Both the position numbers and the translations under genes were made by a program. 64,000 nucleotides of DNA, taken from NCBI RefSeq assembly GCF_006345805.1, contig NC_043005.1, positions 72,602,001 to 72,666,000 on the forward strand, written 5' to 3'. This DNA is from Octopus sinensis (Eukaryota). Shown here piece by piece: positions 12,643 through 25,997 of the stretch (positions within the stretch are counted from its first letter, which is position 1; each line of letters starts with the position of its first letter). A model generated the notes under the pieces. The model was not told the origin of the DNA and did no database searches. It saw nothing but the letters and a program-made list of their open reading frames with translations.

Positions 12643-13094
12643 TGTATATCTGTGTTTATAAGATTTTATATTTTTATCATATTTGCTTATATATTTATAT
12701 AAGATGTAGTCTCACTTTTACAAATGTATTTTTATTCATAACAATATGCTATCATTTCTGTTCCTTCTAGATTTAATTCTGAAAATTGTTTTGCCTTCTT
12801 TCCTATTTCTCGAAACGCATAGATTTTTGAAAACACATCTTTCATTTTTTTTTTTCTAATTCAAAGATTACATATACTTACATTATTTAGTATGCAAAGG
12901 CAAGGAGCTAATATAATTGTAAGCATGTCAGACAAAATACTTAGCAGTATTTCAACCATTCTTTACATTCTGAGTTCAAATTCCACCGAGGGGTGAGCAA
13001 ACCAAGTACCATTGAGCACTTGGCTCAATGTAATCAACTAGCCCCACCCCAGGTTTTGAACCTATAGTAGAAAGAATTATTTAGCATGCATCTT

Positions 13095-14470
13095 TTATTT
13101 TTTATTTTACTTGTTTCAGTCATTATACTGTAGCCATGCTGGGGCACTGCCTTGAAGAAGTTTCAATTGATTTAATCCCTGTACCTTTATGTCAAGCATG
13201 GTACACTTATTCTATCGATCTCGCTTGCCAAACTGTTAAGTTATAGGGACTTAAGTACACCAACACTGGTTGTCAAGCAGTAATGGTTGGGGTGGGGGAA
13301 AAACAGAGGCACAAAGATGCACACACATACATACATATATATATATACACACATATATACACACACACACATATATATATATACATATCTGGCACCTGTG
13401 TCGGTGGCACATAAAAACACCATCTGAGCGTGGCCGTCTGCCAGCCTCGTCTGGCACCTGTGTCGGTGGCACATAAAAAACACCATCCGAGCGTGGCCGT
13501 TTGCCAGCCTCGTCTGGCACCTGTGTCGGTGGCACATAAAATCACCCACTACACTCTCGGAGTGGTTGGCGTTAGGAAGGGCATCCAGCTGTAGAAACAC
13601 TGCCAGATCTGACTGGACTGGTGCAGCTTTCGGGCTCCCCAGACCCCAGTTGAACCGTCCAACCCATGCTAGCATGGAAAGCGGACGTTAAATGATGATG
13701 ATGATGTTGATGATATATAGTCAGTCCACCTGTGCATACCTTCCTTCTTGTGACACTTGTGAAGACCTGTTGAGGCAAGTGAGAATCGAATCAAATCAAA
13801 TCAAATCGAACCAAATCAAAATAGATGAACATCAATGGAATTTGTATCCTTATGGTACCAGTGCCGGTGGCACATAAGAAAACCATCCGAACGTGACCGT
13901 AGCCAGTACCGCAACGACTGGCCTCCGTGCTGAGGGCACGTAACAAACACCATCCAAGCGTGGCTGTCCGCCAGCCTCGTCTGGCACCTGTGTCGGTGAC
14001 ACATAAGAAAACACCATCCGAGCGTGGCCGTCAGCCAGCCTCGTCTGGCACCTGTGTCGGTGGCACATAAAAAACACCATCCGAGCGTGGCCGTCTGCCA
14101 GCCTCGTCTGGCACCTGTGTCGGTGGCACATAAAATCACCCACTACACTCTTGGAGTGGTTGGCGTTAGGAAGGGCATCCAGCTGTAGAAACACTGCCAG
14201 ATCTGACTGGCCTGGTGCAGCCTTCGGGCTTGCCAGACCCCAGTTGAACCGTCCAACCCATGCTAGCATGGAAAGCGGACATTAAACGATGATGATGATG
14301 ATGATGATGATACACATATACATACACATGACAGGCTTCTTTCAGTTTCTGCTTACCACAAATCCATTCACAAGGCTTTGGTTTGGCCTGAGGCTGTAGT
14401 AGAAAACTCTTGCCCAAGATGTTCCACAATGGGACTGAAACCAGAATCATGAGGTTGGGAAGTAAATGCA
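13095..14470 (-). mobile_element. family B SINE split by two family C insertions
   Basis: The 3' half (13095-13330) and 5' half (14325-14470) flank the inserts at 13388-14310, which sit in its internal microsatellite. Confidence 0.75.
13388..14310 (+). mobile_element. two tandem family C (RTE-like 3' end) elements with an internal minisatellite of about 62 bp
   Basis: The unit TCTGGCACCTGTGTCGGTGGCACATAAAAACACCATCCGAGCGTGGCCGTCTGCCAGCCTCG repeats about 2.5 times (13388-13545) and about 4.5 times (13855-14140). Each array is followed by a near-identical tail of about 170 bp ending in (GAT)n. Confidence 0.85.
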
Positions 14471-14624
14471 TTATTCTTTATTCATTTAACCTCATTCATT
14501 CCAATCACAATTTTTTGCTTCATAATATCAAAGCACAAATAGACCTCCTTTCTGCTATTGTTTGACAATTAAAATTGCTTTTCCAAGTATTTCCTCATCT
14601 GCTTTTACTCCGTTTAATCAAGAG

Positions 14625-15041
14625 TACTCTTTACTCTTTTACTCTTTTACTTGTTTCAGTCATTTGACTGCGGCCATGCTGGAGCATCGCCTTTAATCGA
14701 GCAACTCAACCCCGGGACTTATTCTTTTTGTAAGCCCAGTACTTATTCTATCGGTCTTTTTTGCCGAACCGCTAAGTAACAGGGACATAAGCACACCAGC
14801 ATCGGTTGTCAAGCAATGCTAGGGGGACAAACACAGACACACAAACACACACACGCACACACATATATATATATATATATACATATATACGACGGGCTTC
14901 TTTCAGTTTCCGTCTACCAAATCCACTCACAAGGCTTTGGTCGGCCTGAGGCTATAGTAGAAGACACTTGCCCAAGGTGCCACGCAGTGGGACTGAACCC
15001 GGAACCATGGGTTGGTAGACAAGCTACTTACCACACAGCCA
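14625..15041 (-). mobile_element. SINE family B, full length, CpG-retaining (young)
   Basis: A box TGGCTGTGTGG, B box GGTTCAGTCCC, CORE-like GGCACCTTGGGCAAGTGTCTT, internal microsatellite, (GTAAAAGA)n tail. Confidence 0.9.
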
Positions 15042-16939
15042 AGCATATTATAAAACTACAATGCTAATAATATTCCCATAGCTTCTAGTTCCTTGAACAT
15101 AGCATAATTCTGTAACACATCACAATTTTATGATGTCAGATCTTCTTATGGCACTGCAACAGTATCATAGGTTTTTGTTAATATCATGTTTTTAACACCC
15201 AGAAATCTTCTATGCTTCATATTATCAAAATCTTTCTGTTTTTTTAATCACCCAAATCTTCAACTATGAATATATGATACTAGTAAGTTTAGAATTATTT
15301 CAATATATTTAACTTCTATTACATTTAAACTTAAAACTGAAACATTCTTTAATTTTAAGGCATTTGCTGACCAACCTAATATTATCTTTAATCCATATTT
15401 GGAACTTAATACCTCTTTATTCAAAATCTTCCCACTTTATTTACAATGTAAGTCCATAAATAACTTTTCTATAGTTAGATTTCAACTAAATATAGAATTT
15501 AAATAAATGTAGAATTTAACTAATATAGAATTTAACAGTCATATTGTCAAAACATGCCTCTCATTTCTATTAATAAACTTCAAATCTTCAACTGTCTGAC
15601 CAATTTTTTTTCCTTTCTGCAAATTTTCATTTGTAAGTTATATCAACAATTTCACTACAAATTTTCTCAATAAGTTCTGAAAAATTCCACTGTGAATGAA
15701 ATCGATTTATAATTTTGTAAACTTACTTTCAAACAGATATCTCTCTATACTCTACTTTTTCAGTTTTGAGTTCTATATTCAGTTGGTGACCACATTTATT
15801 CCTGTGTAAAACATCCTAACGTGTGTGCATGTGAGACATGATGTCTTCTAGTCTTCATCTATCAAATTCCACTTACAAACTGTTGTTCAATAACAGCTAT
15901 AGGAGAAGATACTTGGTTAAGATCCTGTGTGGTAGGATTAAACCCCAAATCACGTAGTTGCTAAGTAGGACATTTCAGCTGTACAGTCATATCTGTGCCT
16001 ATGTTGTAATCTGGAATTCACATTTTTAACAAATATTTTCTACATAATAAATTTATAAAAACTATAAGCTATAAATGCTTCTGGGACTGATACATTTCCG
16101 ACATAGGACAAATTGGTTCTAATCATCCTTTACTAAAAATAACGATGTCCTGAGATAATGTCCATGAAACCGTTCAGCATTGTTTTGATTGTTATCTATA
16201 GGAAAGACCTTTTGCTTTGTTATTTTGCTTAAGATATCGTAGAAGACTGTGGTAATTATGTTCACTTAACAGGAAGTCATCAAAGATATTTTCAAAATTA
16301 TCACACGGCACATGAATTAAAACATTTATATGTGTAAATATATTGGATTTTGCTATAAATATTGCTCTCTTTATCTTTTTCTTGCTATCTCCAATAAAAT
16401 GACTTCCTAGAGATATTAACTATGTTTATGTACATCAAATATTTTAAGCAATTGTATTCTACAAAGATACAAATTCATAATCTATATCCTTGCATATTTA
16501 TAAAATAGCGGCAAGGAAATGGAATCAGTATTAAATTCTCTTCAGCTTCACTAATTTAGTAATGAGCTTCCTTTATGAAAGAGTCCAATGAGGAAGTGAA
16601 TTGGAAGAAATAAAATGAGCATGCTAGTCTATGACACGAGACTTAGTGTTATGTAAGTTAGAAATATGACTGCCTGACTAACTGTGTTTAGATGGTTATG
16701 AATAATAATGATGAGAACAGAAAGAATTGTAGAAAAAAAAAGGAAAAGAAATAAAAAGCATGGAAAATATGATGACAATCGTGAATTTAATGTTATTGCC
16801 ATTCGTAATTGTTACTGCATTTTTAGTAGATTTTCATGGGGGTGCAAAATTAACAAGAATTGGAAAGAAAAGAATATTCTGCAGCAATAAGTGAAAGCTT
16901 CTTGGACTTCATAATAGGAGAAATATATATATATATGTG

Positions 16940-16982
<43 letters not shown>

Positions 16983-17240
16983 TCTTCTTGTTCTATAAAT
17001 TATTAATAGAATTATCACAGACATTACTGAAGTATCTTCAATAAATTATATGATAAATGAGAGGATTTCACTGAAGCTTAACACCTTTCTCATTGTCTAG
17101 TGACTATATTGAAACTCATTGTTCATTATTTGTCTGACAAGAAAAATTTGTTCATTTTCACAGCTTGTCTGTTTTGGATTTTATGCAGGATTAATTTCTG
17201 CATTTTTTATTTATAAATGTGTATATGTGTCTTTATATAT

Positions 17241-17295
<55 letters not shown>

Positions 17296-17859
17296 TATAT
17301 ATATTATTGTCAACAATAAGTAGGTGGAAAAATTGATGCTTATAATTAGGTTTCTATCTAATATCATTCAGTCTCATTTCTAAGGTTTCTCAAAATCTTT
17401 CATATTTATTTCATTTCACTCTTATCTTCATCCTACTTAAGAAGCATTTTCAAGTTTTCTGTTTGTTATTGTTGGGGCTTTTTTTTTGTTTCATTTTCTT
17501 TTTAAAAACTGGATTGAAATGAAGAGAAGAGAAGAAAGAATTTAGTCACCTTCAAAGAGCAATTAAAATACCAGTATAATTGCTCAATTATAATCCACAG
17601 CAACACAATTTTAAAGTTACCTATATGCAATTCTCCAACCCATGCAAATACACACATGCCCACACACAAGTGTACATGCACAAACACATTCACTTACACA
17701 CACATGTATGTATACACATACACTTATTCACACTCACACACATATTTGTTTTAATGACTGCTTTTCCATGGTTGCATTAGAAAAATTTTATTGAGTTTAA
17801 TTTTCTTCCTGTCTCCATCCCTCACCTGCTTCCAAACAAGATAATGTTTTCTCTTAGCA

Positions 17860-18090
17860 AAGGTGATGGGCTGGCTGAATTACAACCAAACCAGTAAAAA
17901 AATTGCTTAGGAGCATTTCTGCAGATTATGCATTCTGAGTTCATATGCCTCTGGGGTTGACTTTGCCTTTCATCCTATGAGGGTCGATAAAATAAGTAAT
18001 AAGTACCAGTTGAGCACCAGGGTCAATGTAATCGATTTAGCCCCTCACCCAAAAATACTGGCCCTTGTGCCAAAATTTGTGACCCATATT
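17860..18090 (+). mobile_element. SINE family A, diverged
   Basis: TTCTGAGTTCA..GTTGACTTTGCCTTTCATCC..GGTCGATAAAATAAG. Confidence 0.8.
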
Positions 18091-18379
18091 TCCCCTTATT
18101 TCTGATTTTGTTTAAGTAGAAGGTTGCAAATTAAACAACACTCCTTGTGTTAGGGTGACATTCATTTATGATTAGCATGCAGTGACAAGATCAAGAGAAA
18201 TTGACATATACACACATGTGCACACACATACACACACACACACACTCACACACACACAACCAGTCAGCTAGATCTGAGGAGCAAGGGCCATTGTAGTAGC
18301 TGTACAAAAGACAGGGAAAAGTGATAACATTTTTGTAGGACAGAGGTGTTGCAAGGCCACTGGTTTATGGTAAGCAATT

Positions 18380-19350
18380 CCATGTCTATGTGTTGAAATG
18401 CTTTTCTTTAGATGCAGTCTTGGAGGTCTGTATGTGTAGTATAATTACTATCTGGGATTTAGGAAGAGTACTCTGTTAGGAGTTTTACATAAGCTTTGTG
18501 GAATGCTTATGATTGTTGAAAGCTGATATATTTTCTGGTCAAGTTTTGGGATGCAGTCTTTGCTATATTGAGGATTTGTCAGAACTTGTCAATAATGGTG
18601 AGACCAAGCATTAGCTATGATTATTAGGTTGTTGAAGCAAAGGAGGAAAAATTTGAAGAACAAATTTTTAGTTAGGAGCATTCGATCATTGATGCCATGA
18701 TGATGTAGTCTAACAGGGAGCCAATGATATGAAAGATAAAAAGGGCCCATAGGTGAGGAATTTTAATGACAGATATGGATAAAAAATTTGCTGATGCTGA
18801 GGGTAATGTGAATTTTCTTTTTTACCAAATTGCTTAAGTGTGATATGCTGCTAGAGGGGAGTAGGTTAACTGTAGATTTAGATTTAAAATCTACGAACTG
18901 GTGGTCATTAAGGAAGTAAAGAGAGATTGAAGTTTAGGTATAAGGTTGTTGATAAAAGCTGTTTCTGACACCTTTGAAATGCTAGAAGAAAGTTCTTTTG
19001 GACAATTGTTTGTACAATCAGGGGAGTTAGCTATCTTTGGAAATGGGGCACATGATTGGGATATATTCTTGTAGGGGAGTGTATAGTTGAAAGGTAAAGG
19101 GAGGGATCATGGCCTTGTTGCTTTGTGGCAACCAGAGATACTCTTGTTCATGATGTGTTTCAGTATGCAGTGGTAAGCTTGCTGAAGTGCAATAAAATAA
19201 TTTTGAATGAGATGTACAATGTGCATAAAGTGTGAATTTTGTATTCAAAGTAACCAGCAAATGTAAAGGTGTTCTCCATGGAAGAACAGCTTATGGGTGC
19301 ATCAATGTTTTGTGTCAATGTGTCTTTGAAGTATATTACTTTTTAAAGAT
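18380..19350 (-). pseudogene. highly decayed CR1/Jockey-group LINE reverse transcriptase fragment
   Basis: Minus-strand translation near 18860-19000 gives SSISKVSE..., then after a frameshift FLNDHQFVDFKSKSTVNLL. This resembles RT domains 1-2 (S.ISKVLE / HQFGFR..ST). Many stops. Confidence 0.45.
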
Positions 19351-20226
19351 GGGATTCCATTTAAACTTTCATTAGTAAAATCATCGTTATTAATGGTTTA
19401 TGAATTTTTAATGCACCCAATAATTAAATTTTCCTATTACAGTGTTAAAAAATACATTTAAACTAATTTAAGAAACTTTCAATTATCTGCAACTGGATAA
19501 GCATGGAAATAGAACTATTTTTAATGACTTTGGTTTTTGGTGCAAGAACAAAGGAAAGCGACAATATCAAAAGCAAAATGTTGAATTGTCATTCCATATT
19601 TCTGCTCTTCTAGTTAATAAGGTAATGGATTGGTAGAATTCTAGAGAATGTCGGATAAGAAACCTACAGTATCTAGTTGCAGCCCTTATACATACTGAGT
19701 TCAAAACCCTGTCATGATCAACTTCATCTTTTTTTCCTCAAGGGATTAATAAAATAAAGCAAAAGTCAAGTACTTTGGTCAGTTTAACAAAATAGCCGAG
19801 ATGTGTATGGAATTATTAAAAAAAACATAAAGGATACTTTTTTTGTTTTTTACTTTTACACCCTTTAACTCCATAATTAAATTTTTTGGTCCTTCCTATA
19901 ATGATGCTAATTATGAATTAAAAAAAAAAAACAACAAAAAATTTATATTTTCTGTTTCTGCAATATATTTTCAATATCTCCTACAATTATGGTTTTCATA
20001 TCCACCTCTAAAAGTATTTAATTCTTAGACCTTAAAGAGATATTTGATGAAATATGTGAAAAACATTGAGAAAAGCCAAAGAATCGTCTGTCTTTTATAA
20101 AAAGTGTCACTGTAGATGTTTCTGCTTCTCACAGCATTAGGAGAGGTTGTTTTTTTTTCCAAAACCATAGGGTAAAGCCATTTTCCACAATTAATGGTAA
20201 TGAAATTTTGAGCAGATATATCATAT

Positions 20227-20421
20227 ATAGGCATAGGGGTGGCTGTGTGGCAAGTAGCTTGCTTACCAACCACATGGTTCTGGGTTCAGTCCCACTGTGT
20301 GGCACCTTGGGCAAGTGTCTTCTACTATAGCTTCAGGCTAACCAAAGCCTTCTGAGTGGATTTGGTAGATGGAAACTGAAGCCTGTCGTATATAGATATA
20401 GAAGCCTGTTGTATATATATA

Positions 20422-20477
<56 letters not shown>

Positions 20478-20700
20478 GTATGTGTGTGTGTATATGTTTG
20501 TGTGTCTGTGTTTGTCCCCACAACATCACTTGACAACTGATGCCGGTGTGTTTATATCCCCGTAACTTAGCAGTTCAGCAAAAGGGACTGATAGAATAAG
20601 TAGTAGGCTTACAAAGAATAAGCCCTGGGGTGGATTTGCTCGACTAAAGGCAGCGCTCCAGCATGGCCACAGTCAAATGACTGAAACAAGTAATAGAGTA
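20227..20700 (+). mobile_element. SINE family B, full length
   Basis: Head, CORE-like block, (TA)n and tail as at 14625. Confidence 0.9.
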
Positions 20701-21046
20701 ATACATATATATATATGAGCATTTAAAGGGTTAATGCTCTTTAATTAATATTCATCTAATATCCCATGGTAACACTCAAGATACTAAGTATGTACTGTTT
20801 TATGGATCATCAATTTATTTAGGTGATATTTGTCTATTGTAAACATCTTTGGAGTATAAGAACAATATCATATTCTTATAGAACTCACTGGTTCTATGTG
20901 ATTCCTTTGCCAAACATTTGCATTAGAAATAACTGTTTACTCTTTTGCATATTTTCAAATGTGTGAGAGTCACATACAGTAAGATGGGTATTTGTTCCAC
21001 TGCATTCTTAAAATTTGGTAAACTTACAATTTTAGATTCATGAAAT

Positions 21047-21455
21047 ATAGGTGCAGGAGTGGCTGTGTGGTAAGTAGCTTGTTAACCAACCACATGGTTC
21101 CGGGTTCAGTCCCAATGCATGGCATCTTGGGCGGGTGTATTCTACTATAGCCCCAGGCCGACCATTGCCTTGTGAGTGGATTTGGTAGACAGAAACTGAA
21201 AGAACCCGTCGTATATATATGTATATATATATATGTATGTGTGTTTGTGTGTCTGTGTTTGTCCCCCTAGCATTGCTTGACAACCGATGCTGGTGTGTTT
21301 ACATCCCCATCACTTAGCGGCAAAAGAGACCGATAGAATAAGTACTGGGCTTACAAAGAATAAGTCCCGGGGTCAATTTGCTCAACTAAAGGCAGTGCTC
21401 CAGCATGGCCGCAGTCAAATGACTGAAACAAGTAAAAGAGTAAAAGAGAGTAAAA
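21047..21455 (+). mobile_element. SINE family B, full length
   Basis: Same head, internal microsatellite and tail as at 14625. Confidence 0.9.
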
Positions 21456-21702
21456 TGTATATAGAATAAAAAATCTCTGAGGGAAAATATCAGAAAAATG
21501 TCAGGAAAAGTGCATATAGCCTTTAGAACATTATCAGTCAAATCACTGCACTTTAAACTGGAGTATAAGAACTTAGATTGGAAAAAAAAAATTAAGTACC
21601 TTAAAATTTAAAAGATGCTTTAAAAAAACTTCAGCTTATTGGATAACAGAATTATCAGACTTTCAATCGGTGTGTGTATGAGACATATGTTTCTCTCTTT
21701 GT

Positions 21703-21747
<45 letters not shown>

Positions 21748-22009
21748 ACACACGCATATATATATATAAAATAAAATGGAGTTCTACAAGTGTTTAAGTA
21801 CATACTGCTTCAAATATATAAACATACATATACACACAACGCAAATCATGTACTGACTAGTTTTCACTGGGTCATGGACTTCAAATTCTTTTAAAGAGCC
21901 ATAATGAACACACACATATATATACATGAATATATACATACATGCACACACACACACACACACACACTCGCACAGGAGACTAATAGGCAATGTCATTACA
22001 GAATCAGAT

Positions 22010-22453
22010 TAAAGTAGTGAGCTGGTAGAACTGTTAGCATGCTGGGCGAAATGCTTGGTGGCATTATGTCTGCCGTTACGTTCTGAGTTCAAATTCTGCC
22101 GAGGTCGACTTTGCCTTTCGTCCTTTCAGGGTCGATAAATTAAGTACCAGTTACACACTGGGGTCGATGTAATTGACTTAATCCCTTTGTCCTTGTTTGC
22201 CCCCTCTATGCTTGTGGGTAATAAAGAAATAAGAATTGTTTACGTGCTGGCTGAAATGCTTAACACTATTTCACCCATCGCTATGTTCTGAGTTCAAATT
22301 CTGCCGATGTCGATTCTGCCTTTCATCCTTTTGGGGTCAATAAATTAAGTACCAATTACTTACTGGGGTCGATCTAATCGACTGCCCCCCCACCACCACC
22401 ACCACCATCACCATCACAAAAAAATCCCAGGCCTTGTGTCTAGAGTAGAAAAG
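22010..22453 (+). mobile_element. dimeric family A SINE with 15-bp TSD
   Basis: ATTACAGAATCAGAT at 21995-22009 and 22454-22468 flanks both monomers together. Confidence 0.9.
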
Positions 22454-22827
22454 ATTACAGAATCAGATAGAATGTCTTCTTGCTGTATATGTTCTGTCTC
22501 ACTGCTCTTTGAATCGAGATGAAGCTAAGGTCAACTTTGCCATCTCCATTTCAAGAAGTGATAATGAAGTGCCAGTCCTAAGTACAGGATTGGTGAAAGT
22601 GTTGGCACATCAAATGAGATGTATTATCAGTTCTGGATGTGTACAGTATGAGTTCAATTTCACTTGCTTACTGGAGTCCCACGAATAGCAAGTTTAACTG
22701 GGAAGTGCTGGCGTCGTATCTGATATGAAAAGGAGAGTCTTCCTATGCAAGTCCAATGAACTCGCAACAATTAATGAGAGATCATAAGTGACATATGCAT
22801 TCAGAAAGTGCAGAAGAATTAGTAGAA

Positions 22828-22864
<37 letters not shown>

Positions 22865-22884
22865 ATCGCAATTTGACTTGTTTG

Positions 22885-22915
<31 letters not shown>

Positions 22916-23454
22916 TTGTGTGTGTAAATCATATGAGTAAGATAAAGTTCAGATAATGAGATAAGATATAAAGTATGAAAGATGAGGTTTGTTGTCTGAT
23001 AAATCTTTACTGGGGTTTAAAACAATGAATAACTTTTGAAATATAGATTAATTGGAATCAAACCACTGACATTGTTAGGACAATGGTTCATAAAATCTGA
23101 TATGTTGTGATTTATATTTTCTTAGATAAGCTATTTCGAACATATTTGGGGTAATACTTTCTAGTTTTAAACTACAACGAAAATAGTTAAGTAGGTTACA
23201 TTAGGTTGTAGTTTTGACACAATTATCTATTTCTTTACCATTCAAAGAGCACCATTAGTATTAGCATAATGACTCACCCAAAACACAACAGCACCATTGA
23301 TATTTGCTGTTTAATCCGAGGTCAGCCCTAACCTGATCAAACTGATGTTTGTCCAAAGACGTTCAAGCTATGATCTTTCTGTCAATTTTTCTAATATGTA
23401 ACTGCTGGACTACATTATTTACTGAGTCTTTTTGAGATGGTAGGCATGATTTAA

Positions 23455-24027
23455 CCCTTAAGCATTCAGGTTACTGTCAAATGTATTGCTTATCTATTCA
23501 CATTATCTCTATATATATAAACGGCAAAATGTCTGTATGCATGTACTTTATACAAATCCACAATTTTTCAGTTAGAGGGCTTGCACTTTCTATGGTCATT
23601 CAAAACCATCCAAGGGTGGTTGTGCACATCTTTACATTTCCCCAGTCACCCTGCAAAGCCATTAAAAAAATCAATAGAAGTGACTTTTTTGTGAATTTTC
23701 TATCCAAAACCCAATCAAAATGCCTGAAACTTGATACGCCAATTGAACACCAGTTAGCTGTATGTGATTGCTCGGAGATTTGGACAGTACTCGCGTATAT
23801 GTGCACACACACATAGCTGTATATGCATGCACTAGCACTATGACCCAGCGTTGCCGGGTCACGGTGCTAGTTTTGATTAATCTTGCATTATCTCGTAGCT
23901 TCAAGATTTCAATGATGTAGTTGTTTATCTTTAAAATGACATTGTAGTGTGAGAGACTAGATTTAGTTTGAACATAAAACAGGTAGAATATTTTTGGCAG
24001 GATAAGGACAGTTTAAATGCTAAAGGG
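23455..24027. mobile_element. piggyBac-like MITE (family E) interrupted by a Helitron-type element
   Basis: Ends are TTAA-CCCTTAAGCATT ... AATGCTAAAGGG-TGAA. Uninterrupted relatives lie at about 25420-25646 and 31755-31988. Confidence 0.7.
23506..23870 (+). mobile_element. non-autonomous Helitron-type element
   Basis: 5' TC, 3' CTAG, GC-rich subterminal hairpin GACCCAGCGTTGCCGGGTC, inserted between A and T with no TSD. Confidence 0.8.
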
Positions 24028-24557
24028 TGAAGAGAGGTTTGGTTATTTCTTACAGGCTGAACTTCCATATAGATGGCTCAAAGAGTTTATTTGACTCCCT
24101 CAGACATGCAGTTAGGTTTCTTCCTATACCTATTAGAGAATATTAAAGAATTGCTGAAAAACCAGGTTTTTTTAACAGTACTGATTTACAAATATACATG
24201 TTTGTGTGTAAATAACTGGTACAGGGGTTAATCATGATTATCTAAGTGGTTCTTCCGGTGTAAGGCTCTTAAGGTTACCCTGAATGTGGCCAACTTGGTT
24301 GCATTAGCACACACCACAAGTTGTCTTTTCTTTTCTTCTTTTTCATACTGTTAGTATGAGTAAACTGTTAGAATCCATGGGTTGAAAATTTTAACTCGCT
24401 TGTTTTCTTTTTGTTGTTGTCTTTTTGCTGTGTGTTTCAAATTTGTATGTATGGATGAATGTATGTATGTTTGTATGTATGTATATATGCGTGCACGTAT
24501 ATATATGTATTTATAGATGTATGTATATATATATATATATATATATATACACGTATA

Positions 24558-24710
24558 TATAGGGAGAGTTTACAAAAAAACAAAAGACGAAGACAGGTGG
24601 TGTACAAAACAAACAGATGTATTAGTATAACGCTCAGGAATAGAAAAAGTCTTTTACGTTTCGAGCCTACACTGTTCTACAGAAAGGGACACAGAAAAAA
24701 ACAAGGAGAG
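24558..24710 (-). mobile_element. family D Penelope-like terminus
   Basis: GGGAGAGTTTACAAAA..GACGAAGACAGGTGG..TTTTACGTTTCGAGCCTAC, embedded in microsatellite. Confidence 0.6.
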
Positions 24711-25923
24711 GTGTGTGTGTGTGTCTGTGTGTATGTATATATATTTATATATGTATATATATAATATATATATATATATTTATACACACACACATATGAA
24801 GAAGTGCCATTACTGCTTTATTGTTTAAAGCTAATTATCAAAGTAAGTAATCCAACTCTACATTATGTGAACTGACTCCTCAGGGATGTATGCCTACATT
24901 CAGAGAATCGACTATTATATTTCATAAACATATATGCCCATAACGCTCAAAATATATACACTCATGTACATAAACTTGGACATTACTTAATACAGAAGAC
25001 CTACCATCGAGCAGAATTACATTACATTATTCGGTATAAGGGAAAATGTGGTTTTAATAATGGAATACATGAAGACTATGAACTAAGTTAACTGTGACTT
25101 ATATCTTTGATTTTTCTTTCCTAGTAGGAATAATATTATATTAACTATAGGGGGTTATGATTGAAGAAGTTCAGATTCATGTAGTTTCACCACACTAGGT
25201 TTATCTAGTAGAGCTTATCCATCTTAAAACTAACACATATAATCATATTTGAGTTCAGAATAAGAAATGAAATGCTACTACTTTCATTGTCTTCCTTTGG
25301 AACATTACTGATACAAATGAAATAAAAGTAATTCTAACCAGGGATCAGAACCGAATCATAGATTTAGTTTGCTTGAAGTTTGCATCTATTTTATAGATTT
25401 TGATCTAGATAGAGGCTTTACTCTTCAGCATTCAGATCTCTTTGTCAAATGTATTACTTATTCATTCATATTGTTTTGAATTAATTGTGCAGTATTCGTA
25501 GCTTCAAGATTTTAATCCTGTGTTTCTATATATTTAGAATGATATTGTAGGGTATGTGTGAGAGGTAGGATCTAGTCTGTTTTAACATTTAAAAAAAAGT
25601 AGAATATTTGGGTTGGATATGACCGGATTAAATGCTAAAAGGTTAAAATGGAATAATCAAATATTGGGAAAAGACAATATATAATACAGATTGCATTTTG
25701 AAGACTCAAAGCTACTTTCACTTTAATAGTTTAGCAAAGAGAAAATATATTAATTTACTGCTGTGGTGCAGGAATAGCTACAGGCACTCTATGATTAAGA
25801 AAGTCATTTTGCAACCACTTGGTTTTGCATTCATTTCCATTGTGTGGCAAATTTGACAACTGTCTCTTACTATAGCACCAGGTTGACCAATAGCTTGTTA
25901 GTGATTTGGTAAATATCTGTCTG

Positions 25924-25964
<41 letters not shown>

Positions 25965-25997
25965 ATATATATATCTATATATATATATATATATATA

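Noticed and set aside
13241-14471. 139-144 aa ORFs with repeated MCHRHRCQTRLADGH, and a superficially CRISPR-like repeat array
   Set aside because: They arise from the contiguous minisatellite of about 62 bp in family C. There are no unique spacers and no cas genes, and the context is eukaryotic.
14816-15067. Recurring peptides DGLLSVSVYQIHSQGFG / MPKVPHSGTEP in many ORFs
   Set aside because: They are antisense translations of SINE family B.
22672-22719. Minus-strand exon-like 48-mer (IRRQHFPVKLAIRGTP)
   Set aside because: The peptide resembles the Helitron/PIF1 helicase motif RRQFPV.LA, so it is more likely a small transposon relic, and it is too short to call either way.
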